DNA from: Octopus vulgaris
Lineage: Eukaryota
DNA length: 64,000 bases
Direction of reading: 5' to 3'
Assembly: GCA_951406725.2 (NCBI GenBank)
Contig: OX597824.1
Coordinates: 9,238,001 to 9,302,000 of the forward strand
The first letter of the stretch is position 1. Each line of letters begins with the position of its first letter. Positions 13,653-24,895 of this stretch are shown one piece after another. A program made the position numbers and the translations under genes. The notes beneath the pieces are model-generated. The model searched no databases and had not been told where the DNA came from. It saw only the letters and a list, made by a program, of their open reading frames with translations.

Positions 13653-13691
13653 AATTGCAGCGTGGAAGGTATATATATGTATGTATGTATG

Positions 13692-13752
<61 letters not shown>

Positions 13753-13784
13753 GTGTGTGTATATGTGTGATTATATGCATATAA

Positions 13785-13824
<40 letters not shown>

Positions 13825-13920
13825 ATAAAACGGTAAGATAACAAAAGAAAGAAAGAGACCTCAATATTATGTAAATAGAGGAAATTTATCTATACAATAT
13901 GTTATATTACTCGGTAGTCA

Positions 13921-13983
13921 AGATAAAACTCTGAGTTTCAGATGCCGAAGTGGAAATCCACAACACCATCTCTTCGGTTATCT
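13921..13983 (-). ncRNA. Hammerhead ribozyme fold (left arm), CCGAAGA core variant
   Basis: Reverse complement of 15263-15325. Confidence 0.7.
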
Positions 13984-14179
13984 GGCTATTTGAAAACGTT
14001 ATGAAAAAATACCGTTAAAAATGAAGGGAAATTACTCTGTTATAACTCTGCTTTGCCTGCGTACTTATACATCGCTCGCATTTTTCGTCATAAAAATTAT
14101 ATAAAAATACATAAAAATATATAAAAATATATAAAAATATATAAAAATCTTCTTGGGACATAACACAGAAAGGCATGTT

Positions 14180-14602
14180 CTATCCGTTTTCTTTAGGGGA
14201 CCAAAAACGTAACAGAAATTTAGTCACATGTGGGCATGATCCGAAAAGCTCTGTCCTTGTATTTAGACATGTGGTAGGGTCTAAGCTGCTTTTCCAGATA
14301 AGCCATCTCTCCATGTCGCATAAACCGCACCTTCCGCTGCCGTTAGTATAGGGCTTACATCTGGCCAAAATCTTCCATTGTATGTTATAATCGACACCTT
14401 TATCTCTTAAAGACCAAATATGATTGGATAATTGTGTCGCTTTTCTTTTGTTCCAGTGCCTAAAGCTCAAAGTGTGGTTATTGAACCTGGCCTTGAAATT
14501 ACCCTCTGTCAGGCCCACGTATTTCTTCGTCGAAACGGTGTCTTTAGTGGTTATAGAGTTTACGGTAGCTTCATATATGATGGTCTTGGACATGCAAGCT
14601 CC
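14180..14602 (-). CDS. GIY-YIG endonuclease domain of a Penelope-like element (5'-truncated, left arm)
   Basis: Same peptide as the plus-strand copy from GACMSK to the stop. Confidence 0.85.
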   Translation of the reverse strand, partial: GACMSKTIIYEATVNSITTKDTVSTKKYVGLTEGNFKARFNNHTLSFRHWNKRKATQLSNHIWSLRDKGVDYNIQWKILARCKPYTNGSGRCGLCDMERWLIWKSSLDPTTCLNTRTELFGSCPHVTKFLLRFWSPKENG

Positions 14603-14617
14603 AAGACCATCATATAT

Positions 14618-15067
14618 CAAGATAAAGAATTGTGCCCGCTAAATGGAGCTTGCATGTCCAAGACCATCATATATGAAGCTACCGTAAACTCTATAACCAC
14701 TAAAGACACCGTTTCGACGAAGAAATACGTGGGCCTGACAGAGGGTAATTTCAAGGCCAGGTTCAATAACCACACTTTGAGCTTTAGGCACTGGAACAAA
14801 AGAAAAGCGACACAATTATCCAATCATATTTGGTCTTTAAGAGATAAAGGTGTCGATTATAACATACAATGGAAGATTTTGGCCAGATGTAAGCCCTATA
14901 CTAACGGCAGCGGAAGGTGCGGTTTATGCGACATGGAGAGATGGCTTATCTGGAAAAGCAGCTTAGACCCTACCACATGTCTAAATACAAGGACAGAGCT
15001 TTTCGGATCATGCCCACATGTGACTAAATTTCTGTTACGTTTTTGGTCCCCTAAAGAAAACGGATAG
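14618..15067 (+). CDS. GIY-YIG endonuclease domain of a Penelope-like element (5'-truncated, right arm)
   Basis: CPLNGAC..IIY...YVG.T...FKARF.NH..SF...LS.HIW.L...I.W.I...CGLC..E..I...LN.R.E...CPH. No RT domain and no native start are retained. Confidence 0.9.
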   Translation, partial: QDKELCPLNGACMSKTIIYEATVNSITTKDTVSTKKYVGLTEGNFKARFNNHTLSFRHWNKRKATQLSNHIWSLRDKGVDYNIQWKILARCKPYTNGSGRCGLCDMERWLIWKSSLDPTTCLNTRTELFGSCPHVTKFLLRFWSPKENG

Positions 15068-15262
15068 AACATGCTTTCTGTGTTATGTCCCAAGAAGATT
15101 TTTATATATTTTTATATATTTTTATATATTTTTATGTATTTTTATATAATTTTTATGACGAAAAATGCGAGCGATGTATAAGTACGCAGGCAAAGCAGAG
15201 TTATAACAGAGTAATTTCCCTTCATTTTTAACGGTATTTTTTCATAACGTTTTCAAATAGCC

Positions 15263-15325
15263 AGATAACCGAAGAGATGGTGTTGTGGATTTCCACTTCG
15301 GCATCTGAAACTCAGAGTTTTATCT
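15263..15325 (+). ncRNA. Hammerhead ribozyme fold (right arm), CCGAAGA core variant
   Basis: AGAUAA-CCGAAGA-GAUG...CAUC-U-GAAA-CUC-A-GAG-UU-UUAUCU, with a 6-bp stem I. It lies about 200 nt downstream of the GIY-YIG stop. Confidence 0.7.
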
Positions 15326-15347
15326 TGACTACCGAGTAATGTAACAT

Positions 15348-15399
<52 letters not shown>

Positions 15400-15579
15400 C
15401 ATATATATATATACATATATATGTGTGTGCGTGTATAATTACCGAAGGGAATCAGTCGAACAATGTAACAAAGTTTCAGATAAAACGCCAGTGAACTGGA
15501 TCAAATCAATAATATAGTATATACTATTGGTCTTAATCATATCTCTAGATCTCTCGTCATATTTATGTATTTGCGTGCG

Positions 15580-15644
<65 letters not shown>

Positions 15645-16317
15645 TCATGTATACATATATTTAGAACGACAGTCAGTAACACATAACATCCAGTTCTTTG
15701 TATCAAGGCTTACTGCTATCAACTGATCTAAAACTATATATATTTCCATTTATGTATGCATATTTCTGTTTATAAATCTATCGATATAAACATCACTCTA
15801 TTTTCTACCTATGAATCTAAAAATCTTGTTTTGTATAACCATAAATCTTCTGGCTATTGGAGATAATTCTGGACAGTTGCGGTTCTGCTTTGATAGAAAC
15901 ACGTTTCTACAACCGTCCACTTATCTTCAGACAATAAAAGTGTCCTTTTTCTTTTTTCCCAGTCAATTTCGGAGAATCCATGATTCTTGTGATTATCTCC
16001 CTTCCCCATATAGACTTGGTTTTAATTGGTATGTGGTAATTATCTTGTAGGTGTTGAGATAATTTGAATAAATCTAGAGACTAGATGTTCCTTCATATTT
16101 GATATAACAGTGTTTGCCTACGTTGTTCTAATACATGCTACTGGCCAATCTGTGATATTTCTTCCAACTCGCCTTGTTGAAATTATGCAAATTTGTTTGG
16201 TCGTAAGTGCGTTCTGTTCTTTATGTGTAAGTATAAGTCCTGTGACTGCTGCTTACAACATATACACAAGCGCACACAAATATATACATACACATACACA
16301 CACGCACAACACAGACG

Positions 16318-16349
<32 letters not shown>

Positions 16350-16350
<1 letters not shown>

Positions 16351-16744
16351 CTTTATATATAAAAGTGAGGTTGTGTGAGTGTCTGTCTCCTACGATTTAG
16401 ATTCCTAACTACTCCCACATTTTGCGGTGCAGTTTAACCAAAACCGGGTATCTTATAGTCGTGATTCATATCGAGCCCTTCTGGGTATTAGCGCACGTCT
16501 ACGATGAGTCTACGATTTAAAAAAAAATTTACCATCATTTTTTCCCATTTTAATGCATTTTTGGCATATATAAGGGAAGTAACTCTCTAAAAATTTATTA
16601 TTAAATCTCAGAACGTAAAAAGCTACAGTAACACCACCCTTTGTGGTTAGCCATATTGAGATGGCTATTATACTTTACATCTCTAAAAATGCTTATATAG
16701 TTATTTCCCTTACAAACCCGAGCAACGCCGGGCGATACTGCTAG
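16350..16744 (+). mobile_element. Non-autonomous Helitron
   Basis: 5' TC, 3' CTAG, subterminal hairpin CCCG-AGCAACGC-CGGG, inserted between A and T in a TA tract. Confidence 0.88.
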
Positions 16745-17048
16745 TATATATATATATATATATACGGATGTGTATGATTGTGTATAGAAGAATATATTTC
16801 TCAAAGAAACCCCAACTTGGCCTGATTTTCGCGTTTTATTTACAATCTTTGAATAATATAATATAATGAAATAATAAAATATCAAATGTCCATTCTGAGT
16901 TTCATGCTTGAAACTATGCAAGAATACAAATAAAAAATTGGAAAATAACAGTGTTCTTCCTCGTCTCATCGAGGTTATAGGGCCTTACTTCGGTTGAGAG
17001 TTAACATGATAAATTTTATCCTATTGTTATATATTGTTATATAAGAGT

Positions 17049-17087
<39 letters not shown>

Positions 17088-17088
<1 letters not shown>

Positions 17089-17386
17089 CTTTATATATAA
17101 AAGTGAAGTTGTGTGTCTGTCTCCTACGATTTAGATTCCTAACTACTCCCACATTTTGCGGTGCAGTTTAACCAAAAGCTGGTATCTTATAGTCGTGATT
17201 CATATCGAGCCCTTCTGGGTATTATCGCGCGTCTACGATGAGTCTACGATTTAAAAAAAAATTACCATAATTTTTTTCCTATTTTTAATGCATTTTTTTT
17301 GCTGTTATATAAGGGAAGTAACTCTCTAAAAATGCTTATATAGTTATTTCCCTTACAAACCCGAGCAACGCCGGGCGATTCTGCTA

Positions 17387-17387
<1 letters not shown>
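17088..17387 (+). mobile_element. Non-autonomous Helitron, shorter variant
   Basis: Same termini and hairpin as 16350-16744, but lacks a 96-bp internal segment. Confidence 0.88.
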
Positions 17388-17457
<70 letters not shown>

Positions 17458-18034
17458 TGCATAGTTTTGGGGTTAAATCTGACAGTTTGGAAAGGTGGGT
17501 AGAAAATGCTAGATCTCATTCAAAACCAAATGTGTTTTTTAGAACATCAAAACTATCGGCTAAATTATGTTTGGGAAGTAATAATTCACTAAAAGTATCT
17601 GCCCTCCGTGTCCACGGTAACCTCAAAATGGTTTCAGAAACTGGCGCGTGCCGTCTCAGCCGATAGCTCCTAGCAACTCTTTGATTTTGACCACCAGCTT
17701 TGCGTTTGTGTTGAAGGAAGACTAGTGAGTGTCTTACTCAACCGCCCCCCAGACACAGTAATCAAGCGGATTACAATAGAGGGAATTAAGACGCTAGAAA
17801 TTGGGGTTGGTGAAATAGAAATTCTCCAAAAGTCACTTCTGTCTTTTTCTGCGGGATTTGGCAAGGGGCGGATTCTGCTGCCACACATATCCCAACCCAG
17901 TTGCTATCCTTTCCGGCCAGGGTTCAACCACAGTCCTCAGCAACTTCATTTAGCCGTCTGAATTGAGCCTAAGTCCTTCGTCGAACGTATGGAATGTAAT
18001 GACATCAGCCTCAGTGGCGACACACATAAAGACT

Positions 18035-18417
18035 GGGAAGCACTCCGTCGGTTACGACGACGAGGGTTCTGGTTGATCCGAATCAACGGAACAGCCTGCT
18101 CGTGAAATTAACGTGTACGTGGCTGAGCACTCCACAGACACGTGTACCCTTAACGTAGTTCTCGGGGATATTCAGCGTGACACAGAGAGTGACAAGGCCG
18201 GCCCTTTGAAATACAGGTACAACAGAAACAGGAAGTAAGAGTGAGAGAAAGTTGTGGTGAAAGAGTACAGCAGGGATCACCACCATCCCCTGCTGGAGCC
18301 TCGTGGAGCTTTAGGTGTTTTCGCTCAATAAACACTCACAACGCCCGGTCTGGGAATCGAAACCGCGATCCTATGACTGCGAGTCCGCTGCCCTAACCAC
18401 TGGGCCATTGCGCCTCC
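18035..18417 (-). mobile_element. Full-length tRNA-derived SINE (family C)
   Basis: Head GGAGGCGCAATGGCCCAGTGGTTAGGG...GGTTTCGATTCCC has A- and B-box-like motifs. Perfect TSD ACACATAAAGACT at 18022-18034 and 18418-18430. Confidence 0.9.
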
Positions 18418-18757
18418 ACACATAAAGACTAACACAGTTTGGGGGAGACTCGGCTTTCATTATGACCATGTCACGTTTTACAGCCTTAACAGTCTGCGTA
18501 GAGTATTGAGCATCAGTCATGATGACGGCAGTTTGTTACCCGATACGAATCATCAGTATATATGTAGCTTTATTCCAGTATTAAGATGGCTTCCGGCCTC
18601 CATATCAACTAACTTTTTCCCAACTTCAACGTTAGTTTTTATGGTCTCCTACGCCAGCGACTGTTCACCAGTACGTCAAACTCTTGCTGAAGACAACTTT
18701 TGCCCCTATCAAACGAAAATCGTCAAATCTAGTCCTGTATGTGTGTGTACGTGCGTA

Positions 18758-18807
<50 letters not shown>

Positions 18808-18924
18808 TGTGTGTGTGTGTGCATGTGTGTGTATGTATAAACGTAACCGTATATGCATGCACACTCAGACACGCACTTATATTTGCATTTGTGCGCGCCT
18901 GTGTTCATGCATATTTATAGTAAG

Positions 18925-19230
18925 AGATAGGCGAGAGAGAGAGAATGGAGAGACAGAGAGAGGAGAGAGAGATAGGAGAGAGAAAGAAATAGGAGAGAGA
19001 GAGAGGAGAGAGGAGAGAGAGGAGAGAGGAGAGAGAGGAGAGAGAGGAGAGAGGAGAGAGAGGAGAGAGGGATAGGAGAGAGATAGGAGAGAGGGAAAGA
19101 GAGGAGAGAGAGAGAGAAAAATAGAGGGGAGAGAGAGAAAGAGAGTAGAGAGAGAAATAGAGGAGAGAGAAAGAATTAGAGGAGAGAGAGAAAGAGAGGA
19201 GAGAGAGATAGGAGAGAGACAGACAGACAG
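18925..19230. repeat. Polypurine (GA/GGAGA)n tract
   Basis: Read directly. Confidence 0.9.
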
Positions 19231-19972
19231 AAATATTCGTTTGTTTTTTCTCCATGATTGTTCTGCTCATCGCATGCTAGTAAAATATTTCCTGTTATTT
19301 TGTGGCTCCTAGAATTTCATTTCTCATATTTATGACACACAATATGCGAGTTGCTCTCCATACTTTCATTCGTATCGGTTCCTTCTATTCTATTCTATTC
19401 TAGAATTAATGAATCATCGAACTCAAATTAACATGGTCACTGATATCTGATATACGTAACATCGAGGAATAATAAAATCGATTATGCACGCTTATCAATG
19501 CTTATCACGCTTAGATAATTAGATGAAAAATATTGTGTATCTTTAGATATCATAAGTTCGGATTTGGGATTACGTGATATTTTCTATATATAGTGTTTGA
19601 TATAGAAACAAATAGTTACTTATGAATTTCGCCCCACAATCTACTATGCGAAACTTGGCGAAGCGTAACAGTAACTATTATTTTTTATGGCATAAAATAT
19701 TATATATAACCATCTTTATTTACTCCATATTTTATATTGTGGATTTGCACAATAATGTATATTCATTCATGACATATATACACGGTGCAACAAAATGATC
19801 TCACATATTTCTAGGTTTAAAAATGCAAATACGCCCTTTTAAAGCCTAGCCAGGTTCATGGGCCCGGTGTCCCGGTTTCAATGACGTATGTGTTCCCAAG
19901 CTGGACGTATGTGTTCCCATCGCAGCGTTACTCATACGTATGCATGAATATCAATCTATCTATCTATCTATC

Positions 19973-20050
<78 letters not shown>

Positions 20051-20158
20051 TATTTATATATATATGTATATATATATATCTATCTATATATGTATATATA
20101 TATACGTATATACATATATATATTTCTATATATATATGTATATAAATATATATAAGTA

Positions 20159-20197
<39 letters not shown>

Positions 20198-20574
20198 CGT
20201 ATAGCTGTTTGTATATTTGTACATAATTTTGTCAACAAACATAGAATTTCTCTTCTATGTGGATAGATGAAAAGCAACAAAGAGTTATGTCGTTTCTGCC
20301 TTGACATCAAACACACCAGACGATGATAATCATGGCGCTGTTAATGTTATATCGTTATAATTATGACAGCGTCGTTTCATTAGAGTCATTACACAATTAA
20401 TTATGGTAATCAAAACTATCGTGGTCGTACATTCACACCATTCATTTACTAATGTCTTATATACAGCGTTTTTAGTGATAGTCTCTGCTGTATTTCTTTT
20501 GCTTATTGTTACGAATTAGCTTGACCACATCTGTTGATATCCGAGCTGTTGAGAATGCAATATTGTTCTCAGCT

Positions 20575-21170
20575 AAGGCGGTGAGCTGGCAGAAACGTTA
20601 GCACGCCGGGCGAAATGCGTGGCCGTATTTCGTCTGCCGTTACGTTCTGAGTTCAAATTCCGCCGAGGTCGACTTTGCCTGTCAACCTTTCGGGGTCGAT
20701 TAAATAAGTACCAGTTGAGCACTGGCGTCGATGCAATCAACTTAATCCGTTTGTCTGTCCTTGTTTGTCCTCTCTGGGTTTAGCTCCTTGTGGGTAATAA
20801 AGAAATCGAAATAGGTATTTCGTCTGCCGTTACATTCTGAGTTCAAATTCCGCCGAGGTCGACTTTGCCTGTCAACCTTTCGGGGTCGATTAAATAAGTA
20901 CCAGTTGAGCACTGGCCCCGATACAATCAACTTAATCCGTTTGTCTGTCCTTGTTTGTCCTCTCTGTGTTTAGCCCCTTGTGGGTAGTGAAGAAATCGAA
21001 CTAAGTATTTCGTCTGCCGTTACATACTGAGTTTAAATTCCGCCAAGGTCGGCTTTGCCTTTCATCATTTCGGGGTCGATAAATTAAGTAGCAGTTGCGT
21101 AGTGGGATCGATCTAATCGACTGGCTCCCTACCCAAAAATGTTGGGCCTTGTGCCTAGAGTAGAAAAGAA
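20575..21170 (+). mobile_element. SINE family A, trimeric array
   Basis: One head, then three body units starting GTATTTCGTCTGCCGTTAC at about 20625, 20815 and 21005. Confidence 0.9.
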
Positions 21171-21594
21171 TATTTGTGTTAAGCAAATCCCTACCATATT
21201 AAATATTTGAGCGCATCAAACAGTTAATCTAAGATGTGACTTAGCATTTTTTGTACAATTTGAGGAAAAATTGATTTAGCAGGTGCAAGTCTACAGCACA
21301 ATTTCCCATTTGTTAACACACTTTCCATGCAATTACGATGTACGCTAACACTTTCTAGTCTAGCTCCATCAAAAGCCCTTTATTAACTGATACCCTACGA
21401 AACATCATGACAACTGGTGCTGTTTTTATATATATTACATACGGTGACATTCCATATTGATCTGCATTAAAATGCGTTACGACAGTTCCTGATAGAATTT
21501 CTAAAGAAAGACGGCGGTAGTACTTAGGAAGTATAACGCGGGATCATCTCTGTCTGTCTGTCTGTCTCTATCCTTGTCTCTGTTTCTCTCTGTT

Positions 21595-21895
<301 letters not shown>

Positions 21896-22138
21896 GTTCC
21901 TCAGATATCTAAAAATACAACTTAATGTCAATTTTCCGATGCACGAAGAATATGGTACTTCTGTATCATCTGATGTTAATCCTAACATAATTGGTGTGGT
22001 TCATCTTCTATGCAGAATCCCTAAATTTCGAGGTAGCCTGTAATAGTCTGGGGTATACTTCAATAACAAAAGCGTTTTTCTGGTGAAAATATTTGTAACA
22101 CTTGTCTGTGAAATCCACTCAGTGAAATGATGTTTCTT

Positions 22139-22345
22139 ATTTCTTTATTGCCCACTAGGGGCTGAACATAGAGGGGACAAACGAGGACAGACAAAGAGAT
22201 TAAGTCGATTACATCGACCCCAGTGAGTAACTGGAACTTAAGTTATCGACCCCGAAAGTCGACCTCGGCGGAATTTGAACTCAGAACGTAACGGCAGATT
22301 AAATACTGCTAAGCATTTCGCCCGGCGTGCTAACGTTTCTGCCTT
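22139..22345 (-). mobile_element. SINE family A monomer inserted in the Helitron helicase relic
   Basis: Family match. Flanking duplication TGAAATGATG(T/A)TTCTT at about 22123 and 22350. Confidence 0.85.
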
Positions 22346-22663
22346 ACAATGAAATGATGATTCTTATGAAAAAATAAGGCTATCTATTGCTAGCAATATC
22401 TTGAAGGCATTTATCGATGGCATTCGTTGTAATGTAATATCGATACGTCATCAATGACGATTAAATCTTAATCTTTAAAGAAGCATGCTTGTTCTGAGTA
22501 TGAAAATATATCACAAGTGCTTGTATCGATTAAATGTACTGGGAAGTTAAAGAATTTGTGTGATGTCTTATCATCTAAGAGTAATGTCGCAACAATACCA
22601 ATCCGCGCAGTACCTGATACATTAAAATCACAAAGTTCTATATTTAAGAGACGAGGAATTATG

Positions 22664-22809
22664 TACATTAGTTACATTATTTACATTTGACGGACATTTG
22701 TCCTCATCTTGTTTGAAGGCTGGAGGGTATATCAGCCGAAACGTTGTGTTAACAACAAACAAGATGAGGACAAATATATCCGTCAAATATAAATAATGTA
22801 AATAATGTA
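22664..22809. mobile_element. Mini inverted-repeat Penelope/retrozyme-like relic with a truncated hammerhead
   Basis: About 50-bp inverted arms flank GAAGGCTGGAGGGTATATCAGCCGAAACGTTGTGTT. Same family as 32558-32660. Confidence 0.75.
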
Positions 22810-22893
22810 TACAAATCACAGTCACGCAAATGAAAAATGATTTTAACAAAAATGACGAACTCTTAGAATCGTTCAAACGCCAAACGAAATGCA

Positions 22894-23489
22894 TAGCGGC
22901 GAGCTGGCAGAATTGTTAGCACGTCGGGCGAAAAGCTTAGCAGTATTTCGTCTGTCGCTACGCTCTGAGTTCAAATTCCGCCGAGGTGGACTTTACCTTT
23001 CATCCTTTCGGGGTCGATTAAATAAGTACCAGTTACGGACTGGGGTCGATATAATCGACTTAATCCGTCTTTGTCTGTCCTTGTTTGTCCTCTCTGTGTT
23101 TAGCCCCTTGTGCGTAGCAAAGAAATAGGTATCTTCCCTGGTTTTCTTTCGTCTGCTGTTACATTCTGAGTTCAAATAACGCCGAGGTCGACTTTGCCTT
23201 TCATCCTTTCGGGGTCGATAAATTAAGTACCAGTTACGCACTGGGGACGATGTAATCGACTTAATACTTTTGTCTGTCCTTGTTTGTCCCCTCTATATTT
23301 AGCCCCTTGTGGGTAATAAAGAAATATGTATTTTTCCTGGATTTCCTGGAGTTCGAACTCCGCCGAGCTCGACTTTGTCTTTTATCTTTTCGGGGTCGAT
23401 AAAATATGCACCAGCTAAGCAGTAAATCGATGTAATGAACTAGTGTCCTCCCCTAAATCTTCAGGCTTTGTGCATATAGTAGAAAGAAT
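22894..23489 (+). mobile_element. SINE family A, trimeric array
   Basis: A head plus three body units. Confidence 0.87.
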
Positions 23490-24035
23490 TCATAACTTTT
23501 AACTTATCTTACTAGAATGTCAACTAAAAGCAAATATATTCCAGAATATTTTCTCTTCTTTTCAGCTGTTAGTTATTGTTCATTATCCAAATTAAATAAA
23601 GAATTCAATTAAGCGCAAGTTTTTGTTCAATTTATGTTCTTTGCTTTTGTAGAAGACACATTTTCTGACAGTTTCATTTTCGATTACATTACTATACATT
23701 ACAAGAAGAATGGATTTTTCTAAATCTTGTCTTTCTCCTCTGATTAAAATTCAAATGTCTTTTATTATCTGTTCTACAAAAAGGTGTGCAACATTGAATT
23801 ACAATTTGGAGAATTCCAAAAGGTACAAACAGCAGCAGATATTATTTTAAATGTTGACGGACATTCTACTATTTCCATAAGCTCTTGAAAAATCCTGATG
23901 CACGTTTCCATAGACATGTTTCCAGAAATGAAAAATGCACTGTAATTGGGAACAGGTAGTTATAAAATTATTTCATCTCCTACATCGAGATGGCTCATTA
24001 TCCTAACAAACTCTTAAACTCGCATCTAAGATTTA

Positions 24036-24299
24036 TTACCCCCAATAATCTGCCAGCAAAATGGTCCAACCTTTTGAGTAGTTTTTCACTAAAATACTGT
24101 AGGAATGGTTCCCTATTTTCTGGGCAATATTGAATTCACGCCTAATAGCCAGTCGAAAGCTATGAAATACATAATTACTCGGATGAGAACACGAATCCTG
24201 TGTGATCGCTGTGCCATAAAAATTCATTGTGAGGAAACATTGGATGTAAAAATGCCATGACAAATAGGAAATTCTTTTCGAAGGCACATTTACTTCCAT
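24036..24299 (-). pseudogene. Probable Helitron Rep-associated N-terminal relic
   Basis: KRISYL... and FHSFRLAIRREFNIAQKIG resemble the Helitron RIS.L...YY.YRL..R..FN....G segment. Same strand as, and upstream of, the helicase relic. Confidence 0.55.
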
Positions 24300-24534
24300 A
24301 AATTACTATGAAAAATAGTTCACGTTATCGCCTCCTTACCAATTCCATAAATATCACTGATACATCCATTAAGCGATGTCATTGCCTGTAGTAGCTACTA
24401 GCTGACCCTTCACCACCTTTTATCGGTATACACTTTACTCTCTTTTTCTCTAAGTCACCTACCTCACTCGGGGTCACTTCTCTCTCTTTTCTCTTTCTCT
24501 CTCTTCCTTTCTATTTATCTATCTACTAACTAAC

Positions 24535-24621
<87 letters not shown>

Positions 24622-24646
24622 GCTAGCTAGCTAGCTATATATTTAT

Positions 24647-24721
<75 letters not shown>

Positions 24722-24855
24722 AACGGAAAATGCCACTTTCGTACATACGACCGTAAGCCTGTGCACGTGATTGTACCATTATTTAACGTTCCATGTTTTT
24801 CCTCATTCTGATCATCATAATTTCTCTCCGCTAAACACTTCTCTCTCTCTCTTTT

Positions 24856-24895
<40 letters not shown>

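Larger units (their letters stand above)
13891..15355. mobile_element. Palindromic (inverted) Penelope-like element 3' end
   Basis: Arms 13891-14603 and 14644-15355 are reverse complements; by eye I saw one substitution and one 1-nt indel. The spacer is 40 bp. (TA)n lies on both sides. Confidence 0.95.

Noticed and set aside
14432-14617. N-terminal extension of the 211-aa ORF
   Set aside because: It is the antisense of the left arm plus junction sequence, not native protein.
15150-15250. Possible SECIS element in the PLE 3' UTR
   Set aside because: ATGA is present, but I could not form the SECIS helix, and there is no in-frame TGA in the retained ORF.
15460-15565. Hammerhead-like ATGACGA...ATCT-GAAACTTTGTT on the minus strand
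   Set aside because: Core C3 is missing and stem I does not pair; too degenerate to call.
17457-18020. Non-repetitive GC-richer stretch with short ORFs around SINE C
   Set aside because: No protein motif recognised; probably a decayed transposon.
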